From Hydrolagus colliei (Eukaryota): a DNA stretch of 64,000 nt. The DNA lies in assembly GCA_035084275.1 (NCBI GenBank), contig CM068744.1, positions 53,568,001-53,632,000 of the forward strand, given 5' to 3'. The first letter of the stretch is position 1. The number at the start of each line of letters is the position of its first letter. Made by a program: the position numbers and the translations under genes. The notes beneath the pieces were generated by a model, which saw only the letters and a list, made by a program, of their open reading frames with translations, made no database searches and was not told the DNA's origin. Shown here one piece after another: positions 22,521-34,530 of the stretch.

Positions 22521-22591
22521 TGGGAGTTGGAGTTCTCTCAGCTTGTGGCACCTGAGCAGGGGGTTAGACATGGCTGCTGGGAGAATGACTC

Positions 22592-22840
22592 GGTTGCTAG
22601 GAGGTTGACTTGGTTGCTAGGAGGTTGACTTGGTTGCTAGGTGGTTGACTTGGTTGCTGGGTGGTTGACTTGGTTGCTGGGTGGTTGACTTGGTTGCTAG
22701 GAGGTTGATTTGGTTGCTGGGTGGTTGACTTGGTTGCTGGGTGGTTGACTTGGTTGCTGGGTGGTTGACTTGGTTGCTGGGTGGTTGACTTGGTTGCTAG
22801 GAGGTTGACTTGGTTGCTAGGTGGTTGAGTTGGTTGCTCT
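22592..22840. repeat. 20-bp minisatellite, about 12 copies
   Basis: Unit GGTTGACTTGGTTGCT(A/G)GG(A/T), directly tandem with no spacers. Confidence 0.95.
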
Positions 22841-23377
22841 GGGATGCTGGGTTGCATGAGGGAGCGCAAAATGAATCCAAATTGTTGTTATTACTGGGTA
22901 GTTGAGTTGATTGCTGTGTGGGGTGGATGAGGTTAGATTGTTGGAATGCAATGCTCACGCACTCCCTGGAGGGATGTATTCTGCTTACCTTATTCTAGAG
23001 TGTATCAGCCGCAGGGTGGCAAGAACCAAGGTTTGGGGACCCCAGGGTGTGTGTTGGGTGCTATTGGAGTCTAACCAGTTTGCCATTTGGCTTGTAGCCT
23101 TAAAAGGAACTGAGTGAGATGACTCCCTGCCCCCAGTGACTCATCCGCCCTTCCATGTCCTGCCAATGAGCCAGTCTAGCTGTGCTGTCATCAGCAGTGC
23201 CCTGGAATACTGTAGACCTCCATGTTTCAGGAACCAACTACCGAGACAGCCACTGGCTAAATTCTGACATTCTGTTGCTAAGCATGTCACCTTGGAGTCA
23301 AATCAGCTTGTAGAAGCCCCACTGGATATAATAATATAATAATAATACCTTAAAATACCTTAAAAGCCCAATTATAC

Positions 23378-23585
23378 CTTAAAAGCCCATTTATCCAGCA
23401 CCCAATCAACCGTAACTTCCATATAACTGGCATCGCAAAAAAAGGTCCGCATTTGTTTAACCGGAATTTATCCGGAAAAATGCATTTAAAAAACCTTTTT
23501 GTTGCGTTTTCGGCCGAATATCCGGCACACACTTTAACTGGCATTGGCCAGGTCCTAAGGTTGCTGGATAAACAGGCTTTTACTG
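23378..23585. mobile_element. Tigger/pogo-like MITE, same family
   Basis: Collinear with 18452-18652; left end has short tandem duplications (TACCTTAAAAGCCCA). Confidence 0.8.
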
Positions 23586-23944
23586 TAATAATAATCCTTA
23601 CATTTATATAGCGCTTTCCACATCTTATCGACGTCTCAAAGCACTTCACAGAATACAACAATATAGGAGTGTAAATTCTCAAACCTGTAACGACTTTCAC
23701 CAGCTTTTGTCCCAAATCTTAAATATTATGATGCTGTTCAGATGAGTTTTGTGTATACAACTGGAGGCCCACAATAAGGAAAGGGGGTACATAGGAACTG
23801 AAAAAAGCTTGCTTTTGTTTATTTTACCATTGATATTTTGTCTTAGAACCATAACAAGCCATTCTTGTGCTTGTGCTCGACTGGCTCTTTGAAAGTGCAA
23901 TCCATTCAGTCCCATCTACCTTTTCCTTATAGCCCTGCATTTTA

Positions 23945-24240
23945 CTGTAAAACTTCGATAATTCGGCATGGTTGGGCCCAGGCCCTGGATTTTAGAAAGG
24001 GCTTGGGAAGCACCACGTGTGCTGTATAAACACAGCACTGACCCAAAAAATGCTGGAGCTCTACCCACAGCGTCAGATGACAGAGCGGCCACGCTGGGAG
24101 CTGCAAGCAGCTATTCCGAACTTCAGGAGATTTGCCGGACAATGGAAAATAAATCTAATATTGTTGTACAGTATTTTGAAATCTTGCCGGTTTTAGGGAG
24201 TTACCGGCTTTTGGAATATCAGATTATTGGAGTTTTACTG
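23945..24240. mobile_element. Tigger/pogo-like MITE, related family
   Basis: Imperfect TIRs CTGTAAAACTTCGATAAT / CAGTAAAACTCCAATAAT. Confidence 0.65.
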
Positions 24241-24394
24241 TCTTCCTTTTTAGATATCTAGATGAAAACTACAAGCAGGAGAGCTGGGTGTTTGAGAAGC
24301 TGTGTTTTTTTTTTGCATTTGTACCTGAAGTATATTGAGTAACTTTCCCGCAAATTTAAGAAGGAGTTAGAGATTGGGCTAAAGATTTAATTAA

Positions 24395-24490
24395 TGAGTA
24401 TAAAAAAGGTGTCAGAAAAAGGGTAGCAAGGAGATTTACTAGGATGATACTAGACATGAATAGTTTGACCGATGAAACAAGTCGACCTAT
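24395..24490 (+). mobile_element. CR1 ORF2 fragment
   Basis: RVARRFTRMILDMNSL, resembling RVQRRFTRMIPG. Confidence 0.55.
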
Positions 24491-25419
24491 GAAACTTACA
24501 ACATTCACGTTGCTTTTATTATCACATAGTCCCAGTTGATTTGTGCAGTTACACACATCTGTTTGATCTTTTACTCTCTTTGACTGTATCTTATTTTTAG
24601 TCTCATCCAACTGTGAAGATGTTTTCCATGTGTGGCAATAGTTTATGAAACTTAAAAAGCTGTCTCTGCTACACTGCCTAGGAATTGTAGCCATCATATG
24701 CATCCAATTGAAACCTTCAATATCTTTAAAGGTCTTTCAGAATTATGAGGTTTCTCATTCATCTGTTGCAGATATTAGAGATCTTTTGTTACATATTCAT
24801 AATGAGATACACCGTTATTGAGACAGAATCCATAAATTCTTTTTTAAAAAAGTAATTATATAAATGCTCGAAAAAGCACCATGTTAAAAGGTATTGGTAG
24901 CAATCGGGAAACCCGTAGAGATTTGATGAACTGAATGGGTTGTTTCCGTTCTGTAAAATTCTGCAGGGCAACATACTTTGACCCCCACCAATAATTTGGC
25001 ACATTATAATGAGTATGTGTAAAACAGTGACCTTTTCCAGGTCACCAGGCTATCATTGTCTTCACGTCAAAGCTTCTGACACAGAGTGACTGGCTTCCTG
25101 CATATGTGCTCAAGAGACCAATCAGCCTCAACTACTCTCACACTGGAAATACTCACACGAGTGGACACAGCTGACTGTCCAATGTATAACCACACTTCTG
25201 CACCACTGCAGATCCACAGGACACCCATGATAAAAATGAGCTCACACTTTACCATGCATCTAATATTGGGCTCATTCTTTATTGTTTTGAAAATCCCCAA
25301 AGATGTGTTTCCAGGATAAACTTATATTTTGGTAAAATATCAAAATGCAAAAAGAACCTTTCCTGACCAATTCCACTGATAATCATCATAATAATTGTTG
25401 CGCACCGATTTAATAACGT

Positions 25420-25565
25420 TTCAGAGAGTAGTGGACAGTTATTTGAGGAGGAGAGGTTTGCAGGTCTATGGGGAGAGAGCGGGAATGTAGGAAAGATTTG
25501 AATGACTCTTTTCAGAAATGATAAGCCGAATGGCCTCCTTCTGTGCTGTATAATTCTACGATTCT
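25420..25565 (+). mobile_element. CR1-type 3' tail fragment
   Basis: GCCGAATGGCCTCCTTCTGTGCTGTATAATTCTA tail. Confidence 0.7.
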
Positions 25566-25639
25566 AACTTGATGTAAACCTTTCCAAGATACAAGATGCT
25601 TCACAGTATTTATTGTAGTGTGATTACTGTGTATTTTGT

Positions 25640-25865
25640 CAACAAAACGTGGCAGCCAATTTGCACATGGTAATGTCCCACAAATAGCCTTTAGGCGAAT
25701 GATCAATTTTAGCCAGCACCCCAGGAGAAACTCCTTTCTCTTTCAAATAGTGCCCCAGGACCTTTAACATCCACCTGAACAGGTGGATGGAACTTTAGTT
25801 TAAAGTTATATCTGAAGGACATATCCTCTGACATGGCACAGCGTCCAAGTACTGTACTGGAGAAT
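25640..25865 (-). mobile_element. Deu-domain SINE fragment
   Basis: TTCAAATAGTGCC...TTTAACATCCACCTGAACAG; similar fragments near 5760-5960, 43310-43400, 48590-48745, 51005-51190. Confidence 0.65.
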
Positions 25866-25884
25866 CATGGACCCATTATAATGA

Positions 25885-26098
25885 GCAATGTAGAGCAAAA
25901 GCCCGCTTATCTGACATCCTCAGGACCTGGCCAATGACGATTAAAGCACGTGCCGGATATCCGGCCGAAAACACACCAAAAAAATATAATGTATTTTTCT
26001 GGATAAATTCCAGTTAATCGAATTCGGACCTTTTTTTGCGATGCCAGTTATACGGAAGTTACAGTTGATCGGGTGCCAGATAAATAGGCTTTTACTCT
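25885..26098. mobile_element. Tigger/pogo-like MITE, same family, inverted
   Basis: Reverse-complement match to 18452-18652. Confidence 0.8.
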
Positions 26099-26481
26099 AT
26101 TTATTTAGGGACTCTGCTGTATCTTTATCCTGCATTATAATTCCCCGTCTCTGCCTGTAATGGACCCACATTTACTTTTGCTAGCCTATTCTTCCCACCT
26201 GTATTTATAAAAATGCTTACAATCTGATTTAATGTTCCTAGCTAGCTTGCCTTCATAATTATTTTCTCACTCTTAATGAGTTTTTGGTTTTTCTTTGTTG
26301 GTCCCTAAAACACTCCCAGTCCTCAGGTTTGCTGCTCTTTTTGGCAGTTTTATAGGCCTTTTCTTTCATACTTTCACTAACTGCTCTAGTTATCCACGGA
26401 TGAACTCAAACTTCCATCTTAATTCCACTTACACACCCTAGCCCCACATCCCTCAATACCTTTATATATTAAAAAGGATTC

Positions 26482-26750
26482 AAACAACAATAAAATTACA
26501 CTTGTATAGCGCCCTCCACATCAAGAGGACATCCTAAGGCGCTGAACAGTTAGTGCAAGACTCAGGTGGGGGGTGGTGAGGGGAAGGGGAGTAGGGGAAG
26601 ACTTAGAAGGGGATCCAAAGGCGCAGTCAAAGAGGAAGGTCTTGAGACCGGCTTTGAAGGAGGTAGGGAGGAAGCAAGCCGGAGGGACTGCGGGATGGAG
26701 TTCCACAGTATGGGTGCAGAGAGGCAGAAAGCCTAGCCACAATGTTAGGC
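26482..26750 (-). mobile_element. L2-clade LINE 3' fragment
   Basis: Reverse complement of FKAGLKTFLFD region plus tail. Confidence 0.85.
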
Positions 26751-27070
26751 AGTGGATGCCAGGCTAATCCTCCAAACTATTCAATATATAGTCAGCCAAT
26801 TATCGAAACTACTTAATGGGGGCATAAACAACATGATGGATCCTGATTGATGTCAGATGCATGGAGGCAGGACCTTCAATTGGACCTCATGGGAATGTCA
26901 TTACCCTGTGGCCACATGATTGAACTGAAAGCTGTGAGTATTTAACCCTGAGGCTAAGTCTACTTCCCCCACCCCCCCTCCCAAAAGGGGGGAATTTGCT
27001 GGAGGCTTGTGGGTCAGAGCAGTTCCTTGGTTTGTTTGCTTGGCCCTGGCTGGGCTTCTCTGAGAATAAT

Positions 27071-27834
27071 ATGTGGTAAGTCTGAACTAGTGGGATCTTG
27101 GGATGGTGACAAAATTGGAACCTGTTTCTCTCTCTCTGGCAACTTTCCACACTTTGAGTTTGTTCAGGGCTGAGAGTTGGTTTCTGTCAGGGTTGCTTTG
27201 AAGCAAGTCACAAAGTCAGTTTGCTAGTGACTGGCATAGTGTAGCTGCCGAGAGTCAGTTTTTGTCAGTGTTAATTGAGGGCTGAGTTGCGTGGTTGTTG
27301 AGTTGGTTCAGGGCTGAGAGTTGTTTCAGTTGATTGGATTCAGGGCTGAGTTGGTTTAGTTGTTGGGTTGACTGCTCTTTCTGAGTGAGATGGTACAATT
27401 TGTTGTATTTATGAATGAAATTCTCACACACCGTTTTCATTATTTTGAGGTTCGATGAGGAGGCTCCTTTCTGTCGGTTGTTGCTTGGCTGGGATCTCCT
27501 TGGTTATTCTGAAGTTGACCTGGAGCCCATACATGTCTGCGGGCAATCTCTTTCATCTCTGGGCTTCACCTCAGCCGTAGTTCTGAAACTCGCGCCGTTT
27601 TTCTTTCTCTGTGACTCTAGCACCTTGGGATTTGTGGAACATCAGATGAGTGTAATAATGGAAACATCACGGTGCCAACTATTACACTCTTTCTCTCTGG
27701 CACCTTTCTACACTCCAGAGATTTGGCAAGACTATGTGGACTCCATGCAGGATGTCCAACATCCAAACACATCTGAGCCAATCTCTGGATCACATTGTAG
27801 GTCAAGAGGGGAAGTTGTTAGGAACAGAGGCTGA
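27071..27834 (+). CDS. Candidate orphan spliced ORF (about 129 aa), possible retropepsin-like motif
   Basis: ATGTG|gtaagt at 27071-27075 and acceptor ttttgag| at 27449 give MW-FDEEAPFCRLLLGWDLLGYSEVDLEPIHV...NRG*; TATTTAA at 26939; the paralogous exon at 28888 shows third-position bias. Confidence 0.35.
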
Positions 27835-28224
27835 GGTTTGCTAGGGACAGGACCAGGGAGATGTTGTTAGGTTAATCACAGGTCAGATTGAGGATAGAAT
27901 TGATGAACCCAGAATGTAGCAACACAGAGATTGAGGTTAAGCACTATAGTTACACGGTGTAAAATAAGATTGAATAATTTCTGTTGGAATAGTTTAAACT
28001 GAGATAAGAGAGTAAATTTGTTTGTACTTGGAGAATGTAGAGTAACTGTGTGAAGGTTGGTTGAGTTTATTTGCCTAGAGGTGGTGTCCGAATGTTGGCT
28101 CAGTTTGGTGGCTGAGAGTCAGTTTCTGTCAGGGCCAGTGGTCGAGCGCTAGTTTGTTCAGTGCAGGCAGGGTCGGTGTCTGTTTGCCGAGGTTGGTTGT
28201 GGGCAGTTGTGGAGGGTCAGAGTC

Positions 28225-28652
28225 TGTCAGGCTCAGTGCAGTTCCCTTGGGTTAGTCGCCACCAAGGCCAGGTCGCAGCTGTTTGCACGATCTACTCTCC
28301 CCCTAAAAACCTACCTGGACCCTCTGTTCAGCAGGAATTGGCCTGCTCCAAGCCCCCCCGCCCGAACCGCAACACCATCGGAGGCTGGGCCTTCAGTTTC
28401 TCTGGTCCCACCCTGTGGAATTCCATCCCCCAATCCATCCGCCTTGTTTCTTCCCTTTCCTCTTTCAAGGCCGGTCTGAAGACTTTCCTCTTCGACCGTG
28501 CCTTTTGTTCCCCCCTGAATTTTTTGACCTCCCCTACGTGTTTCACCCCTTCCCGAACACTCCCCTCCCAACTCGGGTCACACGCCTCCTGTGCAGCGCC
28601 TTGGGATGTCCTCCCGACGTGAAAGGCGCTTTATAAGTTTAAGTTGTTGTTG
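28225..28652 (+). mobile_element. L2-clade LINE 3' fragment
   Basis: GGWAFSFSGPTLWNSIP...SFKAGLKTFLFDRAF plus tail. Confidence 0.88.
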
Positions 28653-28988
28653 CCTTGAGTGGGTGGTTGAGTCAGTTCACGGCTGGAAGTGTGCAATTGT
28701 CCTTCGGGTGGACTGTAAATGACATGCAATGGTGTTTCTCTATGGTGGTGATGGGAAAGAATCTGAATCTTGGGTAACGGGAGCCCTGTGGGATCGATCG
28801 TTGTTGATCGTTTGACTGATCTTTGTGAGACAATATGATTTGTTGTATTTATGAATGATTTTTCTCACTTAGTTTCATCATTTGCAGGTTTGACGAGGAG
28901 GCTCCTTTCTGTCAGTTCTTACTTGGCTGGGATCTCCTCAGTTATTCAGAAGTTGACCTGGAGTCTGTCCATGTCTATGACCTTGTTC

Positions 28989-29042
28989 ACCTCTGGGCTT
29001 TACCTCAGCCATCAACCGATGGCTGAGGTAAAGCCCAGAGGT
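28989..29042. repeat. Perfect 25-bp inverted repeat with a 4-nt loop
   Basis: ACCTCTGGGCTTTACCTCAGCCATC-AACC-GATGGCTGAGGTAAAGCCCAGAGGT. Confidence 0.95.
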
Positions 29043-29101
29043 TGGAACAGTACATTGACGACTGAAACTCAAGCCATTTTTCTTTTGTTGAGTCTCTAGC
29101 A

Positions 29102-29482
29102 CAGTGGTTCCCAACCTCGGGTCCCGACCCAAATAAGGGTAGTGGGGGTCCTCAGTAGGGTCGTGAGGGGTCATTACAATTTTTTGTTGTTTTTTTAACT
29201 TTGAAAATGCTTTTATAAAGCTTAAAAAAACATTTTTCATTTTAAAAAGAACCCAAGGTGACACTGCCAAACAATTTGTATGAAGAGCGTACTTAAGAGT
29301 TGCGCTTAGTGCACAAAAGAGACAGACGTAACGTTTTGGCTGAGTTTCAGTCGTGATATCGCCTCCTAGGAGTGGGAGGACTTGTTGGAGGTTAATTAAG
29401 GTCACAGCAAAAAAAGGTTTGGGTCATGAGGACTTGCTGATGGTTAATTTTGGTCGCAGCAAAAAAAGGTTCGTAACCACTG
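29102..29482. mobile_element. hAT (Charlie-like) MITE
   Basis: TIRs CAGTGGTTCCCAACC / CAGTGGTTACGAACC; 8-bp TSD CTCTAGCA (29094-29101, 29483-29490); empty site seen in the paralogous copy near 27615. Confidence 0.93.
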
Positions 29483-29984
29483 CTCTAGCACCTCGGGGTT
29501 CGGGGAACATCAGGTAAGTGTAACAGTGGAAACCTTGCCGGTGGCAACTAAAGCTATTACACTTTTTATCTCTCTCTTTGGCATTTTTCTGCAGTCCAGA
29601 GGTTTGGCGACTCCATGCAGGATATTCAACATCCAAACACATATGAGCCAATCTCTGGATCACATTGTAGGCCAAGACAGGAAGTTGTTAGGAACAGAGG
29701 CTGAGGTTTGATGGGGATGGGATGAGGGAGATGTTGTTAGATTAATGTGGAGCTCACAGAACATGTTGATGATAGAGTTGATCAGCACGGAATGTAGGAA
29801 CACACAATTAGGTTCTCCATTGTAGTAGGCACTGTAAGATGAGGTTTAATCATTTCTGTTACAGACTCCTGTTTGAGCTGAGAGAGTGAAGTTGTTTGGA
29901 CTTGGGGAACGTCGGTTGGTTGGCTCCACCCCTTGGCCGTAGGCCTCCCGACCCAGCAGCCAGCCGGTGGAGTCAGTCGGCTGA

Positions 29985-30113
29985 AAACACACAAAAAATT
30001 GAATGCATTTTTGCAGATAAATTACAGTTAATCGAATGCGGACTTTTTTTTTTGCGATGTCGGTTATACGGAAGTTGCGGTTGATCGGGTGCCGGATAAA
30101 CAGGCTTTTACTG
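29985..30113. mobile_element. Tigger/pogo-like MITE, partial
   Basis: Right end GGATAAACAGGCTTTTACTG-TA, collinear with 25980-26098. Confidence 0.75.
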
Positions 30114-31039
30114 TACTTAGTCTATGAGCTCAGAAGTCCTGACATGTATCTTTAATTCTGATTCACAGGTAAGAGTGACATTGAATTCTATACATTAAAA
30201 AAGTTTACATTGGTACAATTCTAATATCAGTTGATCTTTTTAGGCAAAAATTTGTTCATTGCCAGCTTTCAGTAGCAAAATATCCTTCAAAAATATGATT
30301 GTATCATTCATATTATTTGACTGCTACCGAAATTTGTACTCCAGTATTTTGAACAGCATTTCCCATTTAGCAGTTGTTTTGTGGAAATGTCAGTCTGAAA
30401 AATAATCATCAAAAGTACAAAGCAGAGCATGACTACATTGGCCATGTGGTAAAAGAAAAGTCCTGACTCAATTCAGTTTCAAATTAAAGATCTTTCTAAG
30501 ACCCAACATACAGTATTTTGTTTGTTAGCAGAAATGTAATGCTAGTGGTTTTGGAACATAAACTGTTTAAATTCACAGTTGCATCTGTTCGGTCCCACTA
30601 CGATTTGAAAAATATCCAATTTACTCTTCTAACATGCAGGGATATGCTCAGCACAAAACAGTATTAAAAGATTCTTGAATGTATGATTATTACGTACAAG
30701 AGATTAGCTTGATGGACTTCAACTCCTTGGGATGTCCTCATGACGTGAAAGGCACCAGACAAATGTAATTTTGTTGTGTTCTAGCAAGCAACTGTGAATT
30801 TCTTAAAGATCATGAATGTCAATTACCAAAGCATGATTCAAATAAACAAAGTTTCTCCTGCGTATTTTTCACAGTAATGCACAAATTCTTGTGGATTTAT
30901 AGCTGCTGTCAGAAATTGATGATTTTAAACAGTGCAAGATTATTTAGCGCCTTTCAAATCAGGAGCATGTACCAAGGTGCAAGGACGGTCCAAGAATTGC
31001 ACCTGAGCTGGTAGTGGAGGTAATGACTTCACTGGCTAT

Positions 31040-31330
31040 CTGTCACAGAATGGAATGAGTCAAGATCTTTACACTCTCATATGAATCACTTCATGCCCTG
31101 GCACCCCCATAAGCCTAAAACCTACTCACACGCACAACTCTATCCATCCGCTTCACTCAGCTGGCTTCAGCCTCCTTTTCTGCTTATGCCTCAACCCTTC
31201 TGCTTCACCTTTCGACCATGTTGCCTCAAATGTTTGGAACTCAATCCCTCCACCTTATCCTCTCTTTGCCCATTGTCAGGTTGCATATGAAGACTTTGCT
31301 CTTTGAATATACCTATATGGTCTCCTCCCC
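31040..31330 (+). mobile_element. Degenerate L2 fragment
   Basis: Similarity to 28225-28500. Confidence 0.6.
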
Positions 31331-32829
31331 TTTCTCCTCAATTGTCAAGCATTCCAAAACAATTGAAGACAATTGAAATTTCAATTGAAATTGACAATTT
31401 CAATTGAGATTCCACTTGAAGAGAGCTATAAAAAGCAAGTTGTTGTTCACAATGCTGGTTCAAAGCTGATTGTGCAATGTTATAAGGAGGCTGATTTCAA
31501 TTCCATTCCACTTTTTGTCCCAAAGAAAAAAAAACAGATGGTAGACTTGACTAGTGCTGTAGGATTGCAATATTAAGTACATAAATCAGTTGCAAGTCTG
31601 AGACATCTCATTTGGTTCTAATTAAGACATAGCACCTTTCACACCAGGAAGGGATGTGTCTCACAGAATTTACAGTGAAGTTTAATGAATAGTGTATTTT
31701 AGTGTATTTTGTATGTGCATGTAACAGACAAATAAATGCCACATAAACAGAGTAAATCTAGACTCGGGAGCAGTTTCTCCAGTGCTTTGTGTCAATCACA
31801 TGAACTATTGCGTAACAATTACATGATTCCTCATTAGGTAACATTAATAAAATCTCGCTTTATAAATTTGTATATCTTTTTCTGAACAATTAGTATCAAT
31901 AAAGATCAAATTTGTATCAAATTGAATTCCATGTTCAACATAATATTATAGTTGTACATTTATTCCTCAGTAAACAGTCTAAAATAATGAAATGAATAAT
32001 TTGCAATATCTTTCATATACCTTATAAATCTTGGATGATGAATGTAGACTTTTACTTCATTTCAGAAGTAGATTCCTTTGTATTTTCTCTTTTTTCTACG
32101 TATAGCATTTTTCATGATCTATGTGGCTCAGTTACATGCATAATAATAAATAATTCTTGCATTTGGTATAGCGCTTTTTAGGTCTTCTAGAGGACTCAGT
32201 GCTTTACAGAATACTGTTTACTCTAAAGTGAATTGACTGTATATTTGTGGGCAAAACGTACCCACAAACTAAACAGATTGAACCATCAGACAATTTTATC
32301 AACTTATTTACATTTCATCTGTAATATTTCTATTTGTTCAATCGGGTTAATAAAAAGATAACCCACAAAAATAGATGAAATGGCATATAATTAACAAATA
32401 TTTCCATGTACACCTGCATTATTGTGTATTATTGTGGCAACTGACTTATCGCTTTATACTCAGTATGTTCAAAGTGACAATAATTCTTGTTCTCAACATT
32501 CAAATTACATCGGTATTATAATGAGTTCTTCATGCTTTTTATTTACTAAGACATTTTTACATTTACAATAATCTATTTACTTTGGGAATTAAATTGCCCA
32601 TAGACCAGCAGCTACCCAAACTGATGTCCTTTTGTTCTACTGTCTTGATGCATCCTAAAATATTCATCTAGGTTTAGTTTTTCAATCCATTTAAGATTTT
32701 ATATATCTTATAAATTGATTTTGATGTAAGTTAACTAAAAAATGCTGAATAGATTGGACTATGAATTAATGTGATAAGTGCATTTGCCAAAATTTTGTGT
32801 CGGATGCTGCTATTAAATTCACTCATTAC

Positions 32830-33120
32830 TACTGATACCTTATGATACGCAATCTTCATGGACCTACCCTGGACTGGTTCAAATTTTACCACTTCCACCG
32901 TACCACTGTCACTGATGGCTTTTCCTCCATCCCCTGCACTGTCACATTTGGTGTCCCCCTAGGGCTGTGTCATTGACTCCCTCCTTTTCAATATCTACAT
33001 GCTCCACTTTGGTGTCAACATCCGCAGACATGGGGTCAACTTCCATATGTATGCAGATGACACCCAACCCTTTTGGTCTCTGCCCTCGATTCCAGGACCA
33101 CTGCTGTCCTGACTATGAGC
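32830..33120 (+). mobile_element. L2/CR1-superclade reverse transcriptase fragment
   Basis: Degenerate GVPxG...LLFNIYML...IRRHGVNFHMYADDTQ (YADD motif). Confidence 0.85.
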
Positions 33121-33227
33121 TGACTTTCAAAAGTTGAATGTCAACAATACCATGATTGCCAGCAACCCTGACCTGAAAAGCACCATACAAATGTAATTGT
33201 TGTTGTTGATACAATCTACACCAAGAT

Positions 33228-33570
33228 AATAATAATAATAATAATCCTTGCATTTGATATAGCGCTTTCCACATCTTATCAACGTCCCAAAGCGCTTTAC
33301 AGAATATACTGTAAAGTGAATTGACTGTATATATTTGTGGGCGAATCACAGCAGCCAATTGCGCACAGCAGTGTCCCACACACAGTCGTGGATTGAAATG
33401 ACCAATTTTATTATTGTGTTTTTTTTGGAGGGATTATTATTAGGCATGTGGAGTAAGGAAACTTGCCCAAGGTTTCGCCCTGACCTGCCTGGATTTGAAC
33501 ACAGGTCTCCCCAGCTTGGTTTCCCCAGCTTGCAAGACAAGTGCTCTAACCACTGAGCCACAGGAGCTCC
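33228..33570 (-). mobile_element. tRNA-derived SINE, full length, duplicated-head subfamily
   Basis: As above; AAGCTGGGGA duplicated in the head. Confidence 0.9.
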
Positions 33571-34334
33571 AAGATGACAAAAGCACCAACAGTATTTTGC
33601 TAAAAGCTGTTGTACCATAAGGCAAGCTAGTGTCAGAAACACAAATGGGGCAGCACAAAGAATCATATGTTGTTTACTGCACATGGGGTTGCATTATTTG
33701 CAGAGCTTGCTAATATCTAAGACAATCAAGGAAGATGTTCCTGTTACACAATAAGATGTGTGCCAGCCTGGCTCAGTTGGTAGCACTCTGGAATAGTGAA
33801 TCACTGGACTAATTGGAGAAGATGTGGAGTGTGGGTATTGATGTGAGGGGCGGGTGTGCAGGATGCAGGATAAAATTGCCTGTTTTTCCCCATCAAAACC
33901 CACCTGCTTGTGTGTGAAGACTGTCCAGGAGACTGTGGTCTGGCACAGGCTGCAAATCAAGCTGATAGAATCAGGACAGATTTCAGAAAGACTCACCATT
34001 GTAATAGTAGCAATCTCCAGAAATCCTGCCAGTGTATATACAGTATTAGGTCTATTGATATTAAGCATTCAAGCATGTTTGTATGCTTTGGTATTCTCTG
34101 GCACATTAATATAAACAGGTTTTGTGTGACAGAGCGAGAGAAACAAAAATACATACATACCTACATATTCACTCAGGCATACAAAGGAATAAATATAAGA
34201 AATTAACAATGTAATCACAATAATCTTTGCAATTGATATAGTGCCTTATCACAAAACATCTCAAAGTGCTTCACATTATTGTACGGTCTAATGAAGTGAT
34301 ATGATACCAATAATAAAATGCTAAATTGAGACAA

Positions 34335-34530
34335 CCGAATTGGTGCAGAAGTTCATGTGCCTTGGAAGCGACATCGATTCCTTGGGTTACTACGGACCAA
34401 ATATCTGCAGATGGGTTAGTTTGACGGTGTCTGGAGAGATTGACGTCTGTCCCTGGCTTATTTATAGATCTTGTGTGATGTTGGTGCTTCTGTCTGGCTT
34501 GGTGACGTGGACACTGCTGAAGAGTTGTGC
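34335..34530 (+). mobile_element. RTE-clade LINE RT/thumb fragment
   Basis: VQKFMCLGSDIDSLG...IYRSCVMLVLLSGLVTWTLLK, resembling the RTE pattern F.YLGS.I...IY.SCVL.VLLYGSETWTL. Confidence 0.7.

Larger units (their letters stand above)
28888..29711 (+). pseudogene. Second copy of the orphan exon module, disrupted by a fold-back and a MITE
   Basis: tttgcag|FDEEAPFCQFLLGWDLLSYSEVDLESVHVYDL...STDG* (stop 29024-29026); GT-AG intron 29514-29594; collinear with 27450-27900. Confidence 0.45.

Noticed and set aside
22592-22840. Regular repeat array as CRISPR, or the 90-aa Q/P-rich ORF as a gene
   Set aside because: Units are directly tandem with no unique spacers, the genome is eukaryotic, and the ORF is a by-product of the 20-bp periodicity.
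2128-24630. Peptide KTSSQLDE in two ORFs (near 2130 and 24600)
   Set aside because: Underlying DNA differs and flanks are unrelated; coincidence.
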